NCBI GenBank assembly: GCA_016933575.1
Contig: JAFGAR010000146.1
Span: 32,001-96,000, forward strand
DNA length: 64,000 bases
Source of the DNA: Candidatus Thorarchaeota archaeon
GTDB lineage: Archaea > Asgardarchaeota > Thorarchaeia > Thorarchaeales > Thorarchaeaceae
Direction: 5' to 3'
Under the pieces are notes generated by a model, which had not been told where the DNA came from, ran no database searches, and saw only the letters and a list, made by a program, of their open reading frames with translations. The position numbers and the translations under genes were made by a program. This document shows, piece after piece, positions 49,277 through 57,524 of this stretch; positions within the stretch are counted from its first letter, which is position 1, and every line of letters starts with the position of its first letter.

Positions 49277-51348
49277 AACTACTGAATCTGGAGGTTCGCA
49301 ACTTCAAGCCTTTCCGAGAATTGATTCTACCGGAGGATGAAGACGAGCTTCCTGGTGGTCTCATTCTTGTTCGAGGTCCCAACTCAACTGGAAAGTCATC
49401 ACTCTTTGAAGCAATTCTTTGGGGGCTTTGGGGTGCAGATGCAGTAGGCTTGACGAATGACGAACTCATAAGTTTCAGTTCCACCTATTGTAAAGTCATT
49501 GTCACCTTCGATGTAGCAGGTGATAGATACAAGATTGACCGCTCATACAACCCTGCTGATGGTATGTCTGTAGTATTGTTCCTAAAGAAGGGGAACGCCT
49601 GGAAACGGATTGCAGACAAGAGTAAATCTGTTTCAACCAAACTCGATGAGATATTCAGCCTCGAACTTCGTCAAGCACTGAATACCATATTAGTCAGACA
49701 AGGTGAAGTTGCAGCAATAGCTAACTCCACACCATCCGTCCTCAGAAATCTGTTGATCGATGTCTATGATATAGAGATCTTGAATCGCATGTCGAAACAT
49801 CTGGAGGACCTTGAATCAAATCTTGATTCTGAGATTGATTCTCGTGCTCGTAGCTATCGGTCACCCGAGGACATTCAAGAGGAGATTCAACGCTGTCATT
49901 CTCGTATAAACAGATACAATGAATCGATCAAACAGCGGAAAGATGAGATAACTTCCACAGAGAAACTGCTTGCAGACATCCCTGATATTCCGTCACTTCG
50001 AAAGGTGAGTGAAATCAATTCCAAAATGGAGCGCCAACAACAGGAGCTGACCCTTGTGATGAAAGAGCTCCAACGTTATCTTAGTCAGGCTGGGCTCTTG
50101 GAGGCTGATGACACACTTATTCATGCTCGTCTGGAATCGCTGGATCGGGAACGGGAGCGTGTAGAGTCTGAACGTAGCCTGATTGAAACGACAATTCAGA
50201 AGATTGACCAAGAGATAGGAATAAGCAAGGGGCGACGTACTGACTTCTCTGACAAAATCAACACATTGACTGGAAGGGAAAAGACTGAAGCAGTCTGTCC
50301 TACTTGTTCGAAACCACTCTCCGCTTCCGAACGTGATAGTCTTGTTTCTGAGTACAAGAAGGCGATAACGGATGGTGATATCCAGATCAGGGAGCTGGAA
50401 AAACAACGTGATCACCATTCAGAATCAATAAAGAAGATAGACGGACGTCTAACAGTAATATCAAAGTCATCTGACGCAGCTGATAATGTAAAAGACACTC
50501 ACACGAATGTTAGAGAGATCCAACAGAAGATATCAACATCCGAACATGAACTTCAACAGATACTTGATTCCATGGGTGTGAAGGACTTTGATGTTTTTCT
50601 GAAGAAATTCAATGTGGATAGTATTGCTAGCCTTCAGAGTAAAGTTGAGAGTCTGACTAGCATGCTCAAAGAGGCTAAGAAAGGGACATCTGAAATCGAA
50701 GAAAACATCCTTCAAGAACAAGAACAGATAGCTGATTTGGAGAGCAAGGAAGTACTCATGAAACAGCTAGGTGCTGAGATTGAGGAGATGAAGCAACTCA
50801 ATGAACACGCAAAATATGTGCGTAGGAAACTCGTTAGTGGGTTTGTTGCAGACTATGTATTTCAGAAGAGACTCCTTGGGATCATTAGGAGTGCCACCAA
50901 TCAATATGTGCGCTTCTTCACTAATGGACAGTATACAAGTGTGGACCTTGAACCCACGGCACCGACAAAACGGTCTGGTCCCGGCCTTCTCTTAAAGATC
51001 TGGGATGAACGCGATCAAGCCTGGAAGAAGACCTCACAGTTAAGCTATGGTGATAGGACCGCAATCAGTCTTGCACTACGACTCGGTATTAGCCGAACCA
51101 TGAGTAGTATCAGACCGCTCCGAGATAGTCCAATAATGATACCACGAATGAGGAGTGTCCTACTTGATGAACCTCTTGGAGGGCTTGACAAGAGCCGTCG
51201 TGAGTCTGTCGTGACCAATCTCGTCAATGATAAGAACTTCGAGCAAATACTACTCATCACACATACTGATGTTCAAGGTTGGGAAGATGTTCCAATCATT
51301 GAGGTCTCTAAATCAGGTGCTGGTAGCAGAGCGGTCCTTATAATGTAA
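49273..51348 (+). CDS. rad50: Rad50/SbcC SMC-like ATPase
   Basis: GPNSTGKSS, VRQGE Q-loop, CPTC zinc hook, LSYGD, LLDEP, ITH. Confidence 0.9.
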   Translation: MKLLNLEVRNFKPFRELILPEDEDELPGGLILVRGPNSTGKSSLFEAILWGLWGADAVGLTNDELISFSSTYCKVIVTFDVAGDRYKIDRSYNPADGMSVVLFLKKGNAWKRIADKSKSVSTKLDEIFSLELRQALNTILVRQGEVAAIANSTPSVLRNLLIDVYDIEILNRMSKHLEDLESNLDSEIDSRARSYRSPEDIQEEIQRCHSRINRYNESIKQRKDEITSTEKLLADIPDIPSLRKVSEINSKMERQQQELTLVMKELQRYLSQAGLLEADDTLIHARLESLDRERERVESERSLIETTIQKIDQEIGISKGRRTDFSDKINTLTGREKTEAVCPTCSKPLSASERDSLVSEYKKAITDGDIQIRELEKQRDHHSESIKKIDGRLTVISKSSDAADNVKDTHTNVREIQQKISTSEHELQQILDSMGVKDFDVFLKKFNVDSIASLQSKVESLTSMLKEAKKGTSEIEENILQEQEQIADLESKEVLMKQLGAEIEEMKQLNEHAKYVRRKLVSGFVADYVFQKRLLGIIRSATNQYVRFFTNGQYTSVDLEPTAPTKRSGPGLLLKIWDERDQAWKKTSQLSYGDRTAISLALRLGISRTMSSIRPLRDSPIMIPRMRSVLLDEPLGGLDKSRRESVVTNLVNDKNFEQILLITHTDVQGWEDVPIIEVSKSGAGSRAVLIM

Positions 51349-51386
51349 GATACCCTCTCGTGGCAATAGCGTAAGGCTAAATATTA

Positions 51387-53753
51387 ATGAGTGGGGTTTC
51401 CTCTCGAAGACCCATGGACGTTCTTGAGGGAAGGATGCATCGCATAAGAACAAGTAGAAACCTACTTGATAGATGGTTCCTTCGGAACGGCCATCGACTT
51501 GCTGAGACTCTGAATGAGTACCGCTATCTTATTGCAGTATTGCTTATTGGATTTGTAGTCTGGGCTGTTGTCTTCAATATAGCTCTAGTCGATTATCTCA
51601 ATTCAACACGATGGACATCGCGGACAGCGTGGCTTGGTCCTCTTCCTGACCCTGCATATTTTGATTTTCTTGGTTTCACAATAGAGTACCAATTCGAAGG
51701 ATATAGTGATTATTCATTCTACTATGTTCACTGGGGGTATAATCTACTTAATGGCGTAATGCCATACTCCGGGGAATTTGGTTATCTAGAAATGGATGGG
51801 TTGATTAATGAAAATGGAGCCTACATGTTTCCTCCGCTCACAGCGTATCTCTATGCATTCGGCATAGCTCTTGGAAACATCATCGGTCCCGGAAATTGGG
51901 GCATAGGTCTCTTATTCGCCATCTTCGGGTATCTAACGACTTTACCTGTCTATGGGATTGCAAAGGAGTTCTCTGGAAATCCAAGAGTTGGAGAGATTGC
52001 TGCACTGACATATGTCATAAATCCCCTAGTGCTCTACCATATCGATTACATTTGGCTTAATCCTGCGCCATTCTATTTCTTCTTCTTTGCTGGGTTTTAT
52101 GCACTTCTCAAGAAGAGAAGAAATACTGCAATCATTCTGATTGTGACTGCGGCATTATTCAAGCAGACTGCTTGGTTCTTGGGAATTCCTCTTGTGGTTC
52201 ATCTTATCATGCGTGCTCGTGAGAGAAAAGAGAGACCCTCCACAGAATACGAATCTGTTGTGCCTCTCGATGGCAATGATGCCAAGATGTCTTCACGAAC
52301 GCTTAGTCTATCCTTCATAAAATCTCGCTTTAGACGGGTACTGAAAGATAGGGTGCCTAAGGCTAAAAAGGATGAACCAAAATTGAGTACAATTGCGTTC
52401 ATCAAGGAGTTCTTTGACCTTCGAGTGTTTCTTGAGAGTGTTATTGTTGCTGTCCTCTATGTGGGAGCAATTATGCTACCGTATATCCTTGCTCAACCAC
52501 ATTTCTTGAGTTATTGGCAACTTGCCACGGGATACTTCAACTTTGAGAACTTTGTAGATCCAATTGCTTACAATGTTCCAGAACGGCTACCAATATTATT
52601 GATTCTTAACAACATGCCGGAATTAGCTGAATTATTGGATTTGCTCTTACTCTCCTCTGGTCCATTTTTCTTTGGAATTATTGTCTTTACAGGACTGATG
52701 ATTCTCCTCGATAAATACAAAGGCGAGGAAACCCGTTATCTTCGCAGACTCCTCTTCTTCACATTTCTCCTCATGCTCTGGACGAATCTGACTGGTCCTC
52801 GTGGTGTCTTCAAGTATTATTTCACGATGTTTGCTCCATTCTTCTCGATTTTCTCTTCGTATTCTATGACACGTTATGACAGCGATCATGTACCAGTTTC
52901 AGCCTCGATGATTTGGATGCCTATTTCCTTCACTCTTCTAATTCTACTTCCAGATCGTGATTTCTATCTAGCCTATGTCATCGGTATCTTTCTATGGTAC
53001 ATACTTGCCCCACTATTCGCAAGACTCTATGGCATCATTAAGAAACCATTCGGATATCTCAAAACCAGAGTTGGAACGCGAATAGATCTTGCAATGGCAA
53101 CTATCACTGTGCAGGGTTTCTCTCACCCCTCGAAGATCCATCGATCTCTTGGGATTGCTATAGTCGTAGTTTCTGGAATTGCTGGCTCCTCTCTAGTTAT
53201 ACTGGGTGTCTTAGCAACATTCACAGTACTAGAATTATCAATCCAAATCATTATGCAGTATCTTCTCCTGACCGGTGCAATTATTTTCATCGGTATGCAA
53301 TTTCTCTCAATCGCACTAACCTATCTGCAACCTTCAATTGACAAAATTACTGATCTGAACTATACTCTCAAAACACTGTCCTACACGCTAGCTGGACTTA
53401 TCCTCATCTTTGGGGGGAGTACGTACATTCTAAGTTGGAACATTGATAGCTTCCTATCACGACAACTGATGGTCATATCAGGGGTTATCTGCATGATCTG
53501 GACATTTGCCTTAGTATTGAAGACTGAAAATCGGACTAGGCTGTTAATCGACATCTTCCTCCTTATTGGAACTGGCACAGCCACTTGGGTGTGGTTCAAT
53601 CTTGTAGATACTCTCTACTTCCCTCTTGGCATAGCCTGTATGGTTGGCATAGTCATCCATCTGATGACAGTCCTGCTTAAGGAATTCAGGCATGACGAAG
53701 AGTCTGTTCAGGATAAAAATGGAGAACTAACAATCGAAGCTGCACTTTACTGA
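51387..53753 (+). CDS. GT-C membrane glycosyltransferase (GT87/PIG-M-like) with extra TM helices
   Basis: FEGYSDY, GVMPY, YMFPPL, FKQTA, PRGVFKYY; start uncertain. Confidence 0.65.
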   Translation: MSGVSSRRPMDVLEGRMHRIRTSRNLLDRWFLRNGHRLAETLNEYRYLIAVLLIGFVVWAVVFNIALVDYLNSTRWTSRTAWLGPLPDPAYFDFLGFTIEYQFEGYSDYSFYYVHWGYNLLNGVMPYSGEFGYLEMDGLINENGAYMFPPLTAYLYAFGIALGNIIGPGNWGIGLLFAIFGYLTTLPVYGIAKEFSGNPRVGEIAALTYVINPLVLYHIDYIWLNPAPFYFFFFAGFYALLKKRRNTAIILIVTAALFKQTAWFLGIPLVVHLIMRARERKERPSTEYESVVPLDGNDAKMSSRTLSLSFIKSRFRRVLKDRVPKAKKDEPKLSTIAFIKEFFDLRVFLESVIVAVLYVGAIMLPYILAQPHFLSYWQLATGYFNFENFVDPIAYNVPERLPILLILNNMPELAELLDLLLLSSGPFFFGIIVFTGLMILLDKYKGEETRYLRRLLFFTFLLMLWTNLTGPRGVFKYYFTMFAPFFSIFSSYSMTRYDSDHVPVSASMIWMPISFTLLILLPDRDFYLAYVIGIFLWYILAPLFARLYGIIKKPFGYLKTRVGTRIDLAMATITVQGFSHPSKIHRSLGIAIVVVSGIAGSSLVILGVLATFTVLELSIQIIMQYLLLTGAIIFIGMQFLSIALTYLQPSIDKITDLNYTLKTLSYTLAGLILIFGGSTYILSWNIDSFLSRQLMVISGVICMIWTFALVLKTENRTRLLIDIFLLIGTGTATWVWFNLVDTLYFPLGIACMVGIVIHLMTVLLKEFRHDEESVQDKNGELTIEAALY

Positions 53754-53764
53754 GGGTCAAAACT

Positions 53765-55282
53765 ATGATTTCACATAAGAAATCGCAGGTATCTAGAATC
53801 TCAGCGGCATTACATACGAATCTCATATTGATTATCATTCTTTGTACAGCTGTTATTCTATGGGCATGGATATTCACACTGGCTTCTTCTGAGTTTCTTG
53901 AGGGTTCAACTCGGCCTCTCAGGGCTGTCTGGAGTGGTACTGGCCATTTCGAGCTCTTTGGTATGACTATCTATTATGACTTTGAAGGGTATGCTGATTA
54001 TGATTATTACTACTACTCGTGGGGTGAGCAGTTCGTAAATGGTATACCACCTTATACTGACCTCTTCAATACGATAGAATTCAATACAGCCCAATACCAG
54101 ACTCCATACTTCTTTCCCCCTCTCTTCGTCTACATGTGTGCCCTGGGGATGCTTCTCCCAATCAATCCATTTGGAATTGCTTTTCTACTAGCCATGTTTG
54201 GATTTCTCACTGCTTTCCCTATTTATGGAATTAGTAGGTACTTGTCTCAAAATCCTCATGTTGCAGAGATCTCCGTTGCTACCTATCTCTTCAATCCAAT
54301 CATCCTCTATCATACTGTTTACTCATGGTTGAATCCCTCACCATTTGTGTTCTTCATGATTCTCTCTTTCTATCTCCTAATGAGAGGAAATCGATTGACA
54401 GGTGTATTAGCAATGACCACTGCAGCACTATTGAAACAGACTGCATTCTTCATGGCTCTCCCCCTGGTTGCCTTCTTACTGGTCAAACGAGTTCCTTCTG
54501 ATCATAGCTCAACGCCTGATGAAGAACCACGTCGGAAACTTGAGTTCGACCTAAGAGGATTTGCAAGATATTCTGTTTATACTGCTGTCTATGTACTAGC
54601 TATCTCCTTTCCCTATGTTCTAAATCTAGGTAATTATCTATACTATATCTTCCAACGTCCCGGTGCCTTTCTGATAGAGGACATTACCACATTGCCAGAT
54701 GTTTCCCAACCCATCACTATTACAGTACTTCTGATATTACTTGGTGCTCCTGCTGTTCTTACTGAGCTTGTTAATCAAGCAACATATCTTGGAGTCTTTC
54801 TTACGATATCGATGTGCGCCATCTTTCTTCTCATGTTTTTACTGAAGCGAGAACATGACGATGTGCGCATATATTGGCGCAAGATGTTCCTTCTCTCTCT
54901 TCTCTTGATGTTTTGTGTGCATCTATTCTCTCCGCGAGGGATCTACAAATACTACTGTGTTGCTCTCATACCCTTTATCTCAGTCCTCTCTGTGTCGCGT
55001 ATGTTCTCAGCAGCAGAAGAACCAGTAAGGCCAACTCTCTTCATGGTTCTTAATCCCATGGTCTTTAGTGTGTTAATCCTCTTTCCAACACGCTATGTCT
55101 ACCTATTCTTTCTCATTCTCTTATTTGTAGGATATGTTCTGCATAAACAGTTTAGCCTCTTCATAGAGATGGCTAATCAATCCCTGAAACGAGTTTTCTC
55201 CTACCTACGACTAAGATCAAAGGGAATACCTGGAACTGAATTTCATGAAGATACTGAAGAGATTCCTAATCCTCACTCTTAA
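53765..55282 (+). CDS. GT-C membrane glycosyltransferase (paralog)
   Basis: FEGYADY, GIPPY, YFFPPL, LKQTA, PRGIYKYY. Confidence 0.65.
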   Translation: MISHKKSQVSRISAALHTNLILIIILCTAVILWAWIFTLASSEFLEGSTRPLRAVWSGTGHFELFGMTIYYDFEGYADYDYYYYSWGEQFVNGIPPYTDLFNTIEFNTAQYQTPYFFPPLFVYMCALGMLLPINPFGIAFLLAMFGFLTAFPIYGISRYLSQNPHVAEISVATYLFNPIILYHTVYSWLNPSPFVFFMILSFYLLMRGNRLTGVLAMTTAALLKQTAFFMALPLVAFLLVKRVPSDHSSTPDEEPRRKLEFDLRGFARYSVYTAVYVLAISFPYVLNLGNYLYYIFQRPGAFLIEDITTLPDVSQPITITVLLILLGAPAVLTELVNQATYLGVFLTISMCAIFLLMFLLKREHDDVRIYWRKMFLLSLLLMFCVHLFSPRGIYKYYCVALIPFISVLSVSRMFSAAEEPVRPTLFMVLNPMVFSVLILFPTRYVYLFFLILLFVGYVLHKQFSLFIEMANQSLKRVFSYLRLRSKGIPGTEFHEDTEEIPNPHS

Positions 55283-56453
55283 GAAACTCTAATTCCTTTT
55301 CCTTTTTCTCTATCTTTTTCTGAATACTCTTTATCCTTGCATCAAGCTTCTCGATCTGCTCAGTATAGGTCTCTTTTGGCATTGTTCCAGAGGAATGCCT
55401 CTGTTCAACGTGGTCTTTGAGTTGTTCAACAGATTTGATCTCTTTCTTCAGTGACTTGACATCCGCCTCAATATCTGCGGTCTTGTTCTCATCTGCAGTC
55501 TTGAACTGCTTCGCAGGAATCATGACACCAAGCTGTTCCTGTGTTTTTTCAGCAAAGTCTTGAAACTGATCACGTAGAAGTTCAATATTGCCTTCTACAT
55601 TCTCCACCTTCGTGCTTATTTTTGAGATATCTTTCTGAAGGTCAAAGACTGCATTAACAAGCCTTCTAAGTGTCTGTTCAAACTCTGCTGATAGAGCTGC
55701 TTCCGCATGAGTCTGTGCGGCTTTCTCAGCTGCTTCTTCTTTGGCTTGTTCCTTCACTACGGAGCTTGGTTTGGTCAATTGAAACTCACCACTCAGCCAT
55801 TGAAATGCATTCTGGGCGAAAGTCTTGTTGCCTTTGTGTTTTAGTCCGCCCCCTCTTCTGAAAATCTCATAACTACCTACACACATCACACGACCTTTCC
55901 CAGACTCTGCAATGGCAACAATCGGAGCTTTTGCTGGTTCTGCCATCTCAGATGTTCGTGCAAGTGTCTGTGCTTTTCCAGTGACGACAAGGCTACATGA
56001 TGAAGGAATGAGAAGGTCGTTTACATCCTCTGTGATGGGATGCGCTACTAGATCCGAAATAATAGGCATCGTTGGTAGACCTGCATTATTTCTCTCATCC
56101 TTTACAGCTGTATTATCGAATGTGATTCCAAATTCCTCTGACAGCTGGGATAGGTTATTCATAAGACCTCGATCTCCTCCTGAGAGTGATAATAGGAGGA
56201 GACTACCTCCATTATTCACGTATTTCTTAAGGACATCTATCTCTGGAGGTCGAATCTTTGAACTATTAGGACAGGCTAACACAAGTACATCTGTATCCTT
56301 GAGGTTCTTGGCAAGGATCATGAATTCGGTATATGGTTCAACATCATAGTCATTATCACGCAAGATCTTTCCAAGCTCTGAATATGTGCTATCCAGCCTT
56401 CCTCGTTCATTTTGTGTTTGATCGAAGTGTATTTTCTTTCTTCGTCCGCTCAA
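55266..56453 (-). CDS. GIFT (GldG/IFT52-like) domain + coiled-coil protein
   Basis: IHFDQTQNE, DVLVLACP, LKKYVNNGGSLL, FGITF, HPIT, GKGRV, AFQWL; heptad-rich C-terminus. Confidence 0.75.
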   Translation of the reverse strand: MSGRRKKIHFDQTQNERGRLDSTYSELGKILRDNDYDVEPYTEFMILAKNLKDTDVLVLACPNSSKIRPPEIDVLKKYVNNGGSLLLLSLSGGDRGLMNNLSQLSEEFGITFDNTAVKDERNNAGLPTMPIISDLVAHPITEDVNDLLIPSSCSLVVTGKAQTLARTSEMAEPAKAPIVAIAESGKGRVMCVGSYEIFRRGGGLKHKGNKTFAQNAFQWLSGEFQLTKPSSVVKEQAKEEAAEKAAQTHAEAALSAEFEQTLRRLVNAVFDLQKDISKISTKVENVEGNIELLRDQFQDFAEKTQEQLGVMIPAKQFKTADENKTADIEADVKSLKKEIKSVEQLKDHVEQRHSSGTMPKETYTEQIEKLDARIKSIQKKIEKKEKELEFLKSED

Positions 56454-56573
56454 AGGAATGCACCTACAGTAACCAGGTATTATCTCATCATGAAAGATGC
56501 GCTAATGAGACTTGTGTAGATATCACTCCCTACCTTCGAATGCTTTATCATGCACAAATACCAGTATTTCTCC

Positions 56574-57002
56574 ATGAATGATGAGAATTGTATCTTCTGT
56601 AAAATAGTAAAAGGTGAGATACCTTCCTCAGTCATCTTCAAAGATGATATCTGCATGGCCTTTATGGATGTCTATCCAATTACACCTGGGCACTGTCTGT
56701 TGATACCCAAACGCCATTTTGTGAATCTATTCGATGTTGACCCCGAAGTATTGGCTCACATGGCAAAACGGCTTATTGATCTCACAAGAGGTGTGTCTGA
56801 GGCAACGGGAGCTGATGGAGTCCTTACAGTCAATGCAAACGGCGAAGGTGCTGGTCAAGAAGTTCCTCATCTGCATTTCCATGCAATTCCTCGAAATAAG
56901 GGTGATCCCTTTGGTTTCAAGTTTCCCCCGGGTTATCGAGAGTCCATGGCTACACGTGATGAATTGGATAAGATAGCTAAGAGGATCCATGAATCGATCT
57001 AA
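56574..57002 (+). CDS. hit: HIT-family nucleotide hydrolase
   Basis: CIFCKI, GHCLLIPK, GQEVPHLHFH. Confidence 0.93.
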   Translation: MNDENCIFCKIVKGEIPSSVIFKDDICMAFMDVYPITPGHCLLIPKRHFVNLFDVDPEVLAHMAKRLIDLTRGVSEATGADGVLTVNANGEGAGQEVPHLHFHAIPRNKGDPFGFKFPPGYRESMATRDELDKIAKRIHESI

Positions 57003-57430
57003 ACATTCAACAGATTCAGTCCAGTCAGCTCATCGCGTTCTCGCTCTATTACCGGGAATTCAGTGATAATTGCCTCGATTGTGACCGAAACCTCACATCC
57101 TTCTAAAAGGTGTCCACCATAACATTTTCCTTTCTCATCTGATGCTACGACATGTGCATGAACTACATACCCATCCTTGTGTTTCGAAATGTTGCCCATG
57201 CATGAAACGATCTCAAGATCCTCTAGCATAGTATAGTCCTTGTAGGTCTTTGATTCTCTATCGAAGTAACCAAGATGAACCCGTGATACTGCTCCTATCA
57301 ATCTCAATTCGCCTGATAGTATTTCATTATCTCGGGATATTGTTTCGATGGAGCGAAGTATGTCTTCTCCGGGCTCGAGACGAGCGATTACGACTCTCCC
57401 AGTTGTTTTAGTTACAAGAGTACGAACCAT
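56999..57430 (-). CDS. PPC/DUF296 domain protein
   Basis: RLEPGED, IGAV, EIVSCMGN, HAH, GGHL. Confidence 0.9.
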   Translation of the reverse strand: MVRTLVTKTTGRVVIARLEPGEDILRSIETISRDNEILSGELRLIGAVSRVHLGYFDRESKTYKDYTMLEDLEIVSCMGNISKHKDGYVVHAHVVASDEKGKCYGGHLLEGCEVSVTIEAIITEFPVIERERDELTGLNLLNV

Positions 57431-57524
57431 AACAATGAAGACATCACGGTAACTAATGAATGACTCGGAGCTATTTGTGTAATGGGAAGTGCTTATCTAT
57501 GGTATTCAATCATTAAAAGTGTGG

